Source of the DNA: Flaccisagitta enflata
Lineage: Eukaryota
Length of the DNA: 64,000 nucleotides
Direction of reading: 5' to 3'
NCBI GenBank assembly: GCA_965153355.1
Contig: OZ231126.1
Span: 45,694,001 to 45,758,000, forward strand
In this document: positions 27,266-40,659 of the stretch, in pieces
How the letters are laid out: the number at the start of each line of letters is the position of its first letter
Numbering within the stretch: the stretch's first letter is position 1
The notes under the pieces: generated by a model
The model's database searches: none
Told to the model about the DNA's origin: nothing
The model's input: the letters and a program-made list of their open reading frames with translations, nothing else
Translations under genes and position numbers: made by a program

Positions 27266-27979
27266 TAGTCGCTGACGGGTGGGTAGGGGCAGTCATGAGG
27301 GTGGGCGGGGCATTGTAGATGGGCGTGTCTGTATTGTGGCAGGGCAGGGGCTCAAATTCTCAGAAAATATTATTTCAGCCGATTTCGCGTCCAAATCTTC
27401 GCGTTACATACAAATAGCCAGCGGCTAAAAATCCATCTGTCTTCTTGTCCGACTTCAGGAATTAGGCCATTACCCATTTGTCTCATGATCATTTTCTAAC
27501 ATTCTTTGAATGAAACTAGTCGAAGCCTGCGAGTGGATAGGGTCAGTGATGGAGAATCGAATTTGTTATTTGGGCGGGCGTAGTCGTGCAAAAGACTATT
27601 TTTGAAGAAGACAAGGCCGGATACACTGTCACGGACAGTTGGGCAAGAGTAGTTATGCGTTGACCTCTCTTAATCTTAAAGTGTGACAAACGGAGGGACA
27701 GACAGACACGGCAAGGTGTAGGTTCGCGTGTCCGCGACTAAATACAAAAATCGTTTACAATCAATTTTTTTATAATAACTGATGGACAGACGGATGGACA
27801 GATGAATTGACAGACGGACCGTAAGAGATAACGGATATTAGAATCGCGTACATGCGATTAAGAAAAATAGATGGCGTGCCACTGTTGGCTCACCTGCCCT
27901 TGCTTGTTTACTTTTTCCTTCTCCCTTCACAGTTTTGAGGCCTCCTTTTGTTTTTGGCATCTTCGCCGTGAAAAAAAGA

Positions 27980-28116
<137 letters not shown>

Positions 28117-29132
28117 ATGCGTTTTCTCATATTTTTTTCGTGGATGAACATAAAAGAAAACCTTCCTCCTTTCAAACCATCAGGTTTTCTCTCCAATCCT
28201 CCTTTATTGCTTAGTTTTTGCACGTGCCTTGAGCTGCTTTGGCCTAAACTAAGAGCAACTTGTGGCAGACTCTTTTCTATCGTTGAAACTGTCCATTTTC
28301 TCATGTGCACAATTTTCAAGGAGTCAACTCTAGATATTTATGCTGTTTTTATTGTCTTCCCCATTTTAGACAGCTAGGAAATTTGAAGGAGGTCGATTCA
28401 TTGTGAGATAATCCTTCCAAAATCAAAAACATCACTGTAATTTCTTCAGGTAAATTACTATGATCTTAAAATCTTTCTATGGAAATTGAAGACTATGATA
28501 AATTTTTTTATGCAATTACTGTCATATAACAATGTCCGATACTACCGAAGTCGTAAATAAGTGCGTTGGAATATCGGGAAAGTGCATCTTTTTTGTACCG
28601 TAAAACATAAATTATCTGGTTTAATCAAACTAATCTGAGTAGAATTCTATCTGTTTTTCGAAGAGCAGAGCTGAGGTCAGTTACCTATCCTGGGTTCAGT
28701 ATAAAGAACAACGGGTGCCCTCCGAACTTTAGAGATAGAGTGAAATACAACGTGGAAGGCAGCGGCAGAGTGCACATTAGCGCCGCTGGGCCGTAGATTC
28801 GGGCCAAACTTCATAGATTTTACATTAACTTCATAGAATAATAGGAGAAGGGTGGTCGGAAATTAAGAATCAAGCCTTGTCGGCAACGGAAGAGGCCACC
28901 TATAAGAATATGTACAAGCTCCTTAAAATACCAATTATCAGTTAGTTCTGCTTGTGGAAAACTTGGGAGTGATGAGCGTGGTAACCAGTCAGTGGGGCCT
29001 TTAAGCTAGGATTTGGTTCTCGAGGCTAGGATTTGGGCCTCGGACCCCAAATCAGGCCTCTCAGATCCCAATTTAAGTTTTTGAGGCCCTAAATCAGGTT
29101 TCTCAGATCCCAAATCAAAAGTTTCAGACTCT

Positions 29133-30551
29133 AACAAGTCATCCAAGGATCGCACATGGTCAGCGGTACCCGATGCCCTGCTTGGAGTGATCAGCTAAAA
29201 AAGTTGAGTAGGAGCAGGGCAGCGACCCCAAAGGGCCGATGTCCTGTAGGACACAGGGATGAATTTCCTTACGTCCTGTGAAGGCATATTTTAAGCCTTT
29301 GGGGCAATTTTCTATGATATTCAATGGGAGTTATACTTTTTTTATAATTTCTTGTCAATTTTCCATACTACAGCCGGAGACCCTAGAAAAGCTGATTTTT
29401 CAGCTTTTGCTTTTTTTTCAATTTTTCCTTATTTTCTCTTGGCTAAATGCGCTCATTGAGTGGGTTGATTTCTTTTTTGTCATGGATCCATGGTCTGTAG
29501 CTACATTGTGTGAAAAAATTGCGGTTAAAAACTCAATTTTAGCATTTTTTCTCAAATCATGAAAAATATTGAGTTCAGATGGCAACTTTTAATTTTTTTC
29601 GTTTTTAGCTTACAGATAGATTTTGAGACAAGGAATTCATCTAGAATGTCAAATCCTTTAGCACTCATCAATAAATAGGTCAAAACGCGCTTTTAAATAT
29701 CTAAAAGCCCAAAAGCTTAACACCCAAGTTGGTAGAGCTCAAAAAGCTCAATTCTGAGCTTTTCAAAAGCTCAGAGTTGAGCTTTTTGAGACTTACCTCC
29801 TCCCGCAAGTCTCAAAAAGCTCAACTCTGGGCTTTGAAAAACTCAGAATTGGCACAACTCTAGCAACTTGAGACTTAAACTTTTAGAGCTCAAAAAGCTG
29901 ATTTCTGAGCTTTTAAAAATTTTTAAGTGCGTTTTGACCTATTTATTGATGAGTGCTAAAGGATGTGACATTCTAGATGAATTCCTTGTCTCAAAATCTA
30001 TCTGTAAGCCAAAAATTAGAAAAATTGAAAGGTGCCATCTGAACCCAATTTTTTTCATGATTTCAGAAAAAATACTAAAATTGAGTTAACAACCGCAATT
30101 TTTTTAGACAATGTAGCAACAGACCATAGGTCCACGACAAAAAAGAAGTTAGCCCACTCAATGAGCTCATTTAGCCAAGAGAAGTTAAGGAAAAATTGAA
30201 AAAAAAGCAAAAGCTGAAAAATCAGCTTTTCTAGGGTCTCCGGCTGTACTATTCAATGAGAATTTCATATTTTTCTCTTTTTATCAATTTTCCATGCTAT
30301 CCAGTAGGAATTTTGCATTTTTTTCATTTTATGTTGATTTTCAATGTTATTCAATGGCAAATTTACATTTTTCTATTTTTTTGTAAATTTTCCATGTTAT
30401 TCAATGGGAAGTTTGCATTACATTTTCCTATGTTATTTGATGGGATTTGAGAATTGAGAAGCTTTGGGGGGGGACGGACGGATGGACGGACGTAAGGAAA
30501 TTCACCCCTGTGTCCTACAGGACATCGGCCCTTTGGGGCCGCTGCCCAAAA
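29133..30551 (-). mobile_element. HINE-like family B element interrupted by a foldback MITE
   Basis: Near-identical layout to 12738-13175, ending GGGGCCGCTGCCCAAAA. Confidence 0.7.
29371..30246. mobile_element. 876-bp foldback MITE, CAG termini, probable 5-bp TSD TACTA
   Basis: TACTA|CAGCCGGAGACCCTAGAAAAGCTG ... CAGCTTTTCTAGGGTCTCCGGCTG|TACTA. Palindromic over nearly its whole length. Confidence 0.9.
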
Positions 30552-30587
30552 AGGCCTTTCAGACAAAATCAGGCCTCTCCAATCTTA

Positions 30588-31372
30588 ATAGTCGCAAAAG
30601 CGCCAGATGGTCAGCGGTACCCGTGCCCTGCCTAAGTAGGTTGTGCTTGAATTTGAAGGTGAAGCAGGGGAGCGGCCCAAAAGGGGTCTATGACCTATGC
30701 TTTCACACATATGGGGAATGTTCTCCTCCTTCCTCTTCTCCTTCTCCTCCTCCTCCTCCTACTCCATCCATCCCCCCTCAAATCCCAGTCTCGAAACGAA
30801 ATTCCAATCTCGAAGCCCAGATCCCAGCCTCAAGGCCCAAATCTCAGCATCAAGGCCCAAATCCTAGTCCGGTACCCCAGAACCCAGCCTTGAGTTCCAA
30901 ATCTCAGCCTCCAGGCAAGGATCTGGGCCTTTTTGCTAGGATTTGGACCTTGAGACTGAGATTTGGGCCTCAGGACTGGGATCTGGGCCTCCAAGCTAGA
31001 ATTTGGGCCTCAAGGCTGGGATTTGGGCCTTGAGGCTGGGATCTGGGCCTCCAGGCTAGGATTTGGGCTTCAAGGCTGGGATTTGGGCCTTGCGGCCCGG
31101 GTTTGGGCTTCGAGGCTGGAATTTGGGCCGCGAGGCTGGAATTTGGGCCTCGAGGCTGGAATTTGGGCCTCGAGGCTGGAATTTGGGCCTCGAGGCTGGA
31201 ATTTGGGCCTTGAGGCTTGGATTTGGGCTTTGAGATTGAAATTTGGGCCTCAAGACTGGGATTTGAGGGGGGGGGGACAAAGGAAAAGAAAGAGAAGGAG
31301 GAGAAAGAGGAGAAAATTCCCAATATGTGTAAAAGCATAGGTCATTGATCCCTTCGGGCCGCTGCCCAAAAA
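30588..31372 (-). mobile_element. HINE-like family B element with 21-bp array
   Basis: Inverted repeats at about 30668-30701 and 31335-31367, GGCCTCGAGGCTGGAATTTG-type units, tail ATGGTCAGCGGTACCCG. Confidence 0.75.
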
Positions 31373-33377
31373 CTAAAGGAGACCTCTGAAATCATAAATC
31401 AGACCCAGAATTGGGCCTCTCAGCCCCACAGCAGAATTCTCACACTTTAGAGTTGCCAAAGTCCGTCCTTGACGACGAACCACTTCCTCCTGGCCTCAAA
31501 TGATGTCTAAGCATTTCAGACCTCATACCAGGCCCTTAGGAGCCCAAATCAGGTCTTCATAGGTCGCTACCCCTCTCATCTTCTCATCCTCACAAACACT
31601 AACCTAGGGGCATCGGGTACCGCTGACTATTAAACGCTTTTGCATCTATATCAGTGTATGTACCCTCCCTTTGTCGCCTTTCCCAAATGCTTACTAAATG
31701 GCATGGGTTAATTTTGGCTTTATCTGGAGAAACAGGAGCTTCATACTATCTTTTTAGATGCGTCTGTCGGGAACGCGTCTCTATGAGCAGGTCTATTCAT
31801 CTGTCCGTCCGTCCGTCGGTATATCTGGCGGTATGCCTGTTACGCCTCCTTAAAAATCGCAGTTTTCGGCACTTTTCAGCCACGCCGATGGCTTGTATCA
31901 AACCAAACACTCTTTAAGATGTTTTGAGAGCCTCTTTTGATACTCAGGCTTTTTTTTCTGTCTGCCGTTCCATCTATCCCTCCATATATTTCACGTTCAT
32001 ATCTACCGCTAAAGTCAGTACGCGTAGAGACACATGACGCATCGACCAACGGACATTCCCCTTTCGCCAATTAACCTTTAAGCATACTACTCACATTTTG
32101 ACAAATGTTTAGGTGAGTTACGTATAGTCGAAAACAATTTCATTACACTGCGAACCATAAAAAAGGTTACAGCTGTTCTTAAAGATATTTCTGGTGAAAA
32201 AAATGATTTATCAATATTTTTTTTGTGAGAAATGGAAAGAGTGTTATCAAATGAGGCAAATGTCACAAATCCCATGAGTTTTCATCAATTATTTTAGATT
32301 TTATGATAAAAAGAAGATAATGGTTCCAGGATCTGTGTCTGAACTGTAAATTCTTTAAAGAATATAAATAAGGGACCATTTATATTTGATTTTTGTCATT
32401 TGCACTGCAGGAAATCAATTGAAATCATAGATCATTTGGAAGATATTTAAAAGAGCTTTCATTTGCCGCCAATCTCGCATTTCTAGCTCAATTTGTTCAG
32501 ACGCAGTAAAAAAAAGACTGAAGAGTATTCATTTTCAAGTTTGAAAAGGTGCATCACCAAAATGTACCCATTTAACTTCAAACCAATGTCATTTCCAAAC
32601 GAGTAAAGCTAGGAGGCTGGGATTGGTCTAGAGTGAAAGATCTTTCGAAGATCTTTCAAATGGTCACTGATTTTGTTTACTTTGTTTCATTCAAACCTGG
32701 ATATTTTAAAAGGAAAAAGGGTCAATAATTTTTTAAATTCAAGTGATGAAAAAATTCTTTCTTTTGTCATTCATAAAGGGTTCAAATCAAGTAAAAACCT
32801 ATCAAAATCAATGACATTAAGAAAGCTCTTCAAAAAATCTGTCATTTGAGCCGTTTCTGGAGTTATTACCTCAATTGGTTTACAAATTACAATAGTTTTT
32901 GTAAAATTTGTCCTTTAAAAACTATAACAGAAAATCTGTTGTTTTCCCACGTAGGTTTTGATTCATTTATCTTCATTTTAACATAAAATCCAAACTAATT
33001 GATCAAATTCGATGGAACTGGTGGCAAATTGTTCATTTTTTGAAACTTTTTAAAATGCTCATAAATAAGAATAAGATTGGTTGAATTTAACCAATGTAAA
33101 ACTATACTGAAAGTTGTAACTTTTTTTATGAGTCGCACTGTACCAGACAAAAAGAAAAAAATAAAAGAATTAAAGAAACAAAAAAGAAGCAATCAAAGAA
33201 ATATATAAACGAACAAAGAATGAAAGAAAAGGCCCAGGCGGGCAACTCGATGCGTCATCTGCGTGATATCAAAAGAGGCGTAATGGACGGATGGACGGAC
33301 CGATGGACGGACGAACCGACGGACCGACGGACCGACGGACTGACCCTCTTGTAGAGATGCGATGACGCATCTAAAAA

Positions 33378-33444
33378 AGAATGAAACGATGAAGAAACGA
33401 AAAAAGCGAGAAAGAAAGAAAGAAAAAAAGAAGAAAGAAAGAAA

Positions 33445-33486
<42 letters not shown>

Positions 33487-33945
33487 AAAAGAAGAAGAAG
33501 AAGAAGAAAGAGAAGGAAAAGAAGAAAGAAAGAAGAAAGAAAGAAAGAAGAAGAAAGAAAGAAAGAAAGAAAGAAGAAATAAAGAAGAAGAAAGAAAAGA
33601 AAGAAAAAAGAAAGAAAATAGAAAGAAAGAAAGAAGAGAAAGAGAAAGAAGAGAAGAAGAAGAAAGAAAGAAAGAAAGAAGAAAGAAGAAAAGAAAGAAA
33701 GAAAGACTGATGGAGAAGAAGAAAGAAAGAAAGAAAAAAAAAAGAAAGGAAAGAAGAAGAAGAAAGAAAGAAGAAAAGAAGAAAGAAGAAAGAAAGAAGA
33801 AAGAAGAAGAGAGACAGAGAGACAGAGAGAAGAAAAAAGAAAAACAGAAAAAGAAGAAAGAAGAAGAAAGAAGAGAAGAAAGAAGAAAGAAAGAAAGAAA
33901 GAAAAGAAAGAAAGAAGAGAAAGAAAGAAAGAAAGAAAAAGACAT
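33378..33945. repeat. Polypurine (AAAG/AAG)n low-complexity tract
   Basis: Almost pure A/G for about 570 bp. Confidence 0.95.
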
Positions 33946-34480
33946 ATAAACAAACAAACAAGCAAAAAAGTTGAACACAGAAAGAAAATGAAGAAATTAA
34001 CAGAGCAAGCGAGATTGAGAGAGCGATTATGATGTGGGTATGAAAGGCGACCTGCTCCTTTTCGTTCCTTTCTTTTCTCGGCTTAAAGAGTTTTGGAGAC
34101 TCGAAAAAGATCTAAACGGTAAGAAGCCAAAACAGTTCCAAGAAAATAAGGAAGCAAGAGAAAAAAAAGAAAGGAAGGAGAGAGAGAGCATCAGTGACTC
34201 CCATTGCTGCTTTGAAAAATTGGTTGCTAGATTGTCAGACTATCTTCGAGCTTCGAATTCTTGCGAAGAAGCGTCGCATCTTTTCTTCTTTTTCATTTTT
34301 ATTTTTTTTACTCCGAAACTTCTGAGGTTGAAAGGCGGCGGCCTGCGGAAACTCATGGAGGAGGGTGAAACCTCTTTGTGGTTCTTTGCGTTTTTAGGTA
34401 TGATCAATATTTCTTGAGTTCCCGGCGTTTGCAAAAATTCGAGGAAAATTTCGAAATAGATTTAATTTGTAAAACATCGA

Positions 34481-34564
<84 letters not shown>

Positions 34565-34723
34565 TGTGTGTGATAGTGTGTGGGTGTGTGTGATAGTGTG
34601 AGTGTGTGTGATAGTGTGTGTGTGTGATAGTGTGAGTGTGTGTGATAGTATGAGTGTGTGTGATAGTGTGAGTGTGTGTGATAGTGTGAGTGTGTGTGAT
34701 AGTGTGAGTGTGTGTGTGTGTGT

Positions 34724-34781
<58 letters not shown>

Positions 34782-35165
34782 CTCTCTCTTTTGCTTTCTA
34801 TTCGATATAACCTCCTTCCAATTCTCTCTCTGCATCGGCGCGGCGAAGCTGTTGACGTACGTACGGAACCAGAATCGATGTTGACGCCAAAACACGAGTT
34901 CAGCCTCACTGACAATTTACCTGTGGAGAATGCGATTGTACCATCGGACCAGTGACGCTCAATCTCTACATCAACCTCTAGTCCAACAAGTCCCACACTC
35001 CGTTCCTGAGTCGTAGGAAGACTGCTGTACAGAAACGCAAAAGTAAAAATTGGAACAACGACCCTTATTACTGTTTCCTCCCTGCGAAATGAACTGCTCA
35101 GTTAAAAGGTTACTTTTACGCTTAGGAATACAAAAAATGTGAAACGAAGGACGACGATTACGACG

Positions 35166-35202
<37 letters not shown>

Positions 35203-35487
35203 TAATGATGAATATTAACTACCATGTCTCCAACCCAATGCTTTTCAGAAACTCGTCTGAAATGTTGATCGACTGCTTGCGAATCTCCGAGCAGAAGACG
35301 CTATGGAAGAAACAACTTCCCTTACGTAATGGTACACCATTCCCCCGGGCCTCAATCAGCACTTTAGGAGGAAGCAATTGCAGCCTAGTCATGAATTTTT
35401 GAGTCAAGCAAACAGGACTCAGGAGGAAGTGGAGGAGGAAGTTGATTGGGAGAACGCGGCAGGACACGTGTCTGACAAACGAAAACT

Positions 35488-35533
<46 letters not shown>

Positions 35534-36674
35534 AATCAGCAATCTTTCATTCTTGTAATGCCAAACTTGATGTTTACGGAATTTCAGTCAGCAACACTTT
35601 TGACGATATATTTGTGGCCAAAGATGTGGAACATTATCACGCCGGAAATGGAAACCGGCGTCAAAAAAGAGGAAACGTGAAATTCGTCATTTGCTATTTT
35701 TCATCAATATTGGGCTGTATTTTTTTTCTCCTTTTTTTTTCTGAATTGAAAGTTGATTTCTTCTTCATGGATGTTTAATTTTAGAATCTTGATTTTATGA
35801 ATCTTTGCTAATTCTTTGTCCTTATTCAGTCATTGATCTAAACTGAGGCCATGCCATACCATAACCAGGTTAAAAGGATCGTTAGACCTAAGTCGCGTGC
35901 GTCGACAATCCAAAAAAAAAGTTAAGCAGACAGACAGACAAACATTTTTTATCAAAAAAACAGTTGAGATGGCTGTTTATTATTTTAAGTACCTCCAGAC
36001 TGAAAAAAAACGAGATAGAAAGCCTTGAAAACGACATTGTGACGGATGGACAGACAAACGGACAGAACAATGGACCAACCAGAAAGTGACTTAACAGTCG
36101 CGTAGCACGCGACTAAAAAGGTTAGGCCGCGACTATGCTGCGTTGTTAGGTTGCTGAGGCCGTCATTAAGTTGCTGAGGCTAAAATTTGGTTGCTGAGGT
36201 GGCGATCAGGTCACGGAGGCCGCAAGTATGTCCCTTAGGTCACTGAGACCATGATTGGGTCACTTAGGCGTTGATAAGGTCAATGAGGCCGGGATTAGGT
36301 CGCTGAGGCCGGGATTAGGTCGCTGAGGCCGGGGTTAGGTCGCTGAGGCCGGGGTTAGGTCGCTGAGGCCGGGATTAGGTCGCTGAGGCCGGTATTAGGT
36401 CGCTGAGGCCGGGATTAGGTCGCTGAGGCCGGGATTAGGTCGCTGAGGCCGGGATTAGGTCGCTGAGGCCGGGATTAGGTCGCTGAGGCCGGGATTAGGT
36501 CGCTGAGGCCGGGATTAGGTCGCTGAGGCCGGGATTAGGTCGCTGAGGCCGGGATTAGGTCGCTGAGGCCGGGATTAGGTCGCTGAGGCCGGGATTAGGT
36601 CGCTGAGGCCGGGATTAGGTCGCTGAGGCCGGGATTAGGTCGCTGAGGCCGGAATTAGGTCGCTGAGGCCGGGA

Positions 36675-37704
36675 CACTGTGCTTTTAAAATAATTCTGGG
36701 TTTTTCTGCAATTTTGAGTAGTATTGGGGTCGGGTGTGTCAAAAAATAAAAAGTATCTTTGATCAGATCATCCTCATCAGGGTTTGTAAACAAACAAATT
36801 TTAAAATTTTTACCATTTTTATTTTTTTAAATTTCAGTCATCTTCTGTTTTTTCCAGAACCTTTTCTTAGCGCTAATTTGTATATTGCTGTGTTATTGAT
36901 TTCATATCAGGATTATTGTTCATAAGTGTAAAAAAAATAGCCATTTAAATATCTTGCTTCAATTTCCAGTTGGGATTAGGTAAAAGTTGTTTTTTTAAAA
37001 CTAAAATCATAAAAAGAAATAGAACTTGATAATCTTTATTGAAGTTTTGGGTCTTATTTTCAACAAAACTAGGTAGAGACTCTGGAAGTATATATATTTT
37101 GAACAATCTTTTCCTGCCCTAAAAAAACGGAAGATGACTGAAATTTAAAAAAATAAAAATGGTAAGAGTCTTAAAATTTATTTGATTACACACCCTGATG
37201 AGGATGATCTGATCAAAGATACTTTTTATTTTTTGACACACCTGAGTATTGGGGTGTAATAACATACAACTAGTAAAAAAAAAATCATTCATTGAGCGCT
37301 TTTTGAGAAATCTGCAATATGGAAAAAATTTAGGTCTATTTTTATAACAGATTTTAAGGATTTGTACTGACTCATTATGAAATATTATGAAATATTGTTA
37401 ATCCTTGTAAAATTTCCTTTCATTTGATAAGTCGCACTATGTGGTTTCATAAAGAAATAAAATTTTCATTTTCTGAGCTACTGTTACAAAACTACTACTT
37501 TTTCTAACGAAAGCTCAAAAAATGAAAATACTAAATATTTATAGAAATATAGAGTGCGACCTATCAAATGAAAGGGAATTTTGCAAGGATTAATAATACA
37601 TAATCAAAAAATGAGTCAATACAACTTCATAGAATCTGCATTGAAAAGGGATTTCATTTTTTCTCTTTTTTAAAGATTTCTTAAAAAGCGCTCAGTGGAT
37701 GATT
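36675..37704. mobile_element. AT-rich palindromic element starting CACTG, right arm apparently truncated
   Basis: Absent from the paralogous array at 50755-51590. 37282-37704 is an imperfect palindrome. Confidence 0.6.
36730..37245. mobile_element. Mutator-like MITE with 9-bp (or 11-bp) TSD
   Basis: GTATTGGGG at 36721-36729 and 37246-37254. About 110-bp TIRs GGTGTGTCAAAAAATAAAAAGTATCTTTGATCAGATCATCCTCATCAGGG. Confidence 0.85.
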
Positions 37705-38961
37705 GGATTATGTCGCTGAGGCCGGGATTATGTCGCTGAGGCCGGGATTATGTCGCTGAAACTGGATTATGTCGCACAGGCCGGGATTATGTCGCTGAGG
37801 CCGGGATTATGTCGCTGAGGCTGGGATTAGGTCGCTGAGGCCGGGATAAGGTCGCTGAGGCCGGGATAAGGTCGCTGAGGCCGGGATTATGTCGCTGAGG
37901 CCGGGATTATGTCGCTGAGGCCGGGATTATGTCGCTGAGGCCGGGATTATGTCGCTGAGGCCGGGATTATGTCGCTGAGGCCGGGATTATGTCGCTGAGG
38001 CCGGGATTATGTCGCTGAGGCCGGGATTATGTCGCTGAGGCCGGGATTATGTCGCTGAGGCGGGATTGTCGCTGAGGCCGGGATTAGGTCGCTAAGGCCG
38101 GGATTATGTCGCTGAGGCCGGGATTATGTCGCTGAGGCCGGGATTATGTCGCTGAGGCCGGGATTATGTCGCTGAGGCCGGGATTATGTCGCTGAGGCCG
38201 GGATTATGTCGCTGAGGCCGGGATTATGTCGCTGAGGCCGGGATTAGGTCGCTGAGGCCGGGATTATGTCGCTGAGGCCGGGATTATGTCGCTGAGGCCG
38301 GGATTATGTCGCTGAGGCCGGGATTATGTCGCTGAGGCCGGGATTATGTCGCTGAGGCTGGGATTATGTTGCTGAGGCTGGGATTAGGTCGCTGAGGTTA
38401 GGATTAAGTTACTGAGGCCAGAACCAGATCCTTTTAGTTGAAAATAGGTTGCAAAACTTGGGATTCGGTCGCTGAGGACAGGATGCGTCCTGCTCCGCCG
38501 TAATGCGCTTCTTGCGGCTGTAATGCCCTCCTTGCAGCCATAATGCGCTCCTTGCGGCCGTTATGCGCTTCTTGCGGCCGTAATGCGCTCCTTGCGGCCG
38601 TTATGCGCTCTTTGCAGCCATAGTGTGTCCGTTACAACTATAATGCAACCTGCACAGCTGTAATGTGTACCACGTGGCCATAATGTGTCTTGCACAGCAA
38701 TCACACGCTATAAAAAGCTTCAGTCGGGGACTGCAATTTTTGAAGCTTTCTCGTCGCGTAAACGCGACTCGAGAAGATACAAGACAAAAAATCAATTTTT
38801 AAAAAAAAAACAAACAAAAAAAAAAAAAAAAAACAAAAAAAAAACTTCATGAAAGTCTTTTTTTCAATTTCAAAAAAAAAAATTTCAAAAAAAATTTCAA
38901 AAAAATATTCAACAAAATTTTCAACAAAATTTTCAACAAAATTTTCAACAAAATTTTCAAA

Positions 38962-39785
38962 GTTGAAGATGATGACAGTAGTTGAAGATGATAACAGTAG
39001 TTGAAGATTACGTCTGTCAGAGTGCCTAGAAAAGCCAAAATTATACTTTGCTCCTCAAAAATATTTTTCTTTTGCAAAAATGCTTTCAAATGAGCCATTG
39101 CGCAACTTTCAAATCAATTGGGAACCATCTTTAGGGTGAGGTTGAAGTTTGCATTGAATCATCATTGGAATCTATTTTTCCATGATGCAAATTTTATTTT
39201 TCTCATTCAGATCTATAGAAACTTCAAAGTCACCCTAAAGATGGTTCCTGATTGGTTCGATAGTCAGGCGATGGCTCATTTGAATGCATTTTTGCAAAGG
39301 AAAAATATTTTTGAGGAGCAAAGTTTAATTTTGGCTTTTCTAGGCACTCTGACAGACGTATTGAAGATGATGACAGTAGTTGAAGATGATGACAGTAGTT
39401 GAAGATGATGACAGTAGTTGAAGATGATGACAGTAGTTGAAGATGATGACAGTAGTTGAAGATGATGACAGTAGTTGAAGATGATGACAGTAGTTGAAGA
39501 TGATGACAGTAGTTGAAGATGATGACAGTAGTTGAAGATGATGACAGTAGTTGAAGATGATGACAGTAGTTGAAGATGATGATTCCATCCGTTGTTGACG
39601 GTAGTTGAAGATGATGACAGTAGTTGAAGATGATGACGGTAGTTGAAGATGATGACGGTAGTTAAAGATGATGACAGTAATTGAAGATGATGACAGTAAT
39701 TGAAGATGATGACAGTAGTTGAAGATGATGACAGTAGTTGAAGATGATGACAGTAGTTGAAGATGATGACAGTAGTTGAAGATGA
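38962..39785. repeat. 19-bp minisatellite GAAGATGATGACAGTAGTT
   Basis: Tandem units, interrupted by the MITE at 39009-39360. Confidence 0.92.
39009..39360. mobile_element. 352-bp foldback MITE with 8-bp TSD (hAT-like)
   Basis: TTGAAGAT|TACGTCTGTCAGAGTGCC ... GGCACTCTGACAGACGTA|TTGAAGAT. Removing it restores the 19-bp register. Confidence 0.88.
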
Positions 39786-39869
39786 ATCTTGAAATCCATG
39801 AGGACAAACCTAAATAAAACAAAAAAAAAATTTTTTTCAAAAAAAAAATTTTTTTTCAAAAAAAAAAAT

Positions 39870-40420
39870 CTAAGTCCTAATAATATATTACTACATAAAC
39901 AAGCTTAAATCTTATAAACCAGACTTCAGATTTTTTTCAAATTTTGCAGGGGCTGTTTAATTGATGTCCTTCACTTGTATACCAAATTAAAAAAAAGTTC
40001 ATAAACTTTAAATTCACACACCTTTGCTACCCTGTGCCTATGTAAACTGCCCAAGTCCTAGTATCATATTACTACATAAATAAGCTAATATCTCATAAAC
40101 CAGGCTTCAGATTTAATTCGAATTTTGCAGGGATTATTCATTTACTACCCTCTACTTGAATACCAAATCAAAAAAAAAATTCATAAACTTTTACTACCCT
40201 TTACCTATGTAAACTGCCTAAGTCCTAGTATCATATTACTACATAAATAAGCTAATATCTCATAAACCAGGCTTCACATTTAATTCGAATTTGGCAAGGG
40301 TTATTTATTTACTACCCTCTAGTTGTATACCAAATTAGAAAAAAATTCACATAAGTTTACTACCCTCTACCTATATAAACCACCTAAGTCCCAGCTAAAT
40401 ATTACTACAAAAATAATAGG
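39870..40420. repeat. ~170-bp tandem repeat, about 3.3 units
   Basis: AAGTCCTAGTATCATATTACTACATAAA-like starts near 39870, 40052, 40218 and 40385. Confidence 0.8.
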
Positions 40421-40659
40421 CAAAGGGTAGTAAAAGTTTATGAATTTTTTTGAAAATTGGTACACAAGCTCCTATTGACCTATAAACAACACCAGCAAAG
40501 TTTCATAAAATTCTGAAGTCTGGATCCAAAGATATGAGAAGGTTTTACATGACGACGACGACGATGACGACGACGACAACAAACAAACAGACTACACGAA
40601 CAGGCTACTTCATAGTCACCGACGAAAACGGTTCGTCGGGGACAAAAAAATGAAAAGTA

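Larger units (their letters stand above)
36281..38405. repeat. 20-bp minisatellite GGGATTA(G/T)GTCGCTGAGGCC, interrupted at 36675-37704
   Basis: Head-to-tail units with no spacers. Confidence 0.95.
38714..40646 (-). mobile_element. Large HINE-like element (GTCCCCGAC variant) with 19-bp and ~170-bp arrays
   Basis: Inserted in an A/T run that is empty in copy 2. End palindrome CCGACGAA-AACGG-TTCGTCGG, (GAC)n, hairpin AAAGCTTCA..TGAAGCTTT at the other end. Confidence 0.7.

Noticed and set aside
30464-31340. Overlapping ORFs with WASRLEFGP / PASRPK repeats
   Set aside because: Translations of the 21-bp array inside a family B element.
32070-33000. TTAA-CCTTT start of a piggyBac/Kolobok-like element
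   Set aside because: TE-like AT-rich sequence, but no matching inverted end is visible.
33193-33978. Long ORFs on both strands (195-261 aa)
   Set aside because: Translation of a stop-free (AAAG)n low-complexity tract.
36675-37697. Complete CACTA/EnSpm element (CACTG...CAGTG with GA duplication)
   Set aside because: The right CAGTG belongs to an internal palindrome that continues to 37704, so it is probably not a true terminus.
36281-38405. Regular 20-bp (and 19-bp at 39 kb) repeats as a CRISPR array
   Set aside because: Units are head-to-tail with no unique spacers, there are no cas genes, and the context is eukaryotic.
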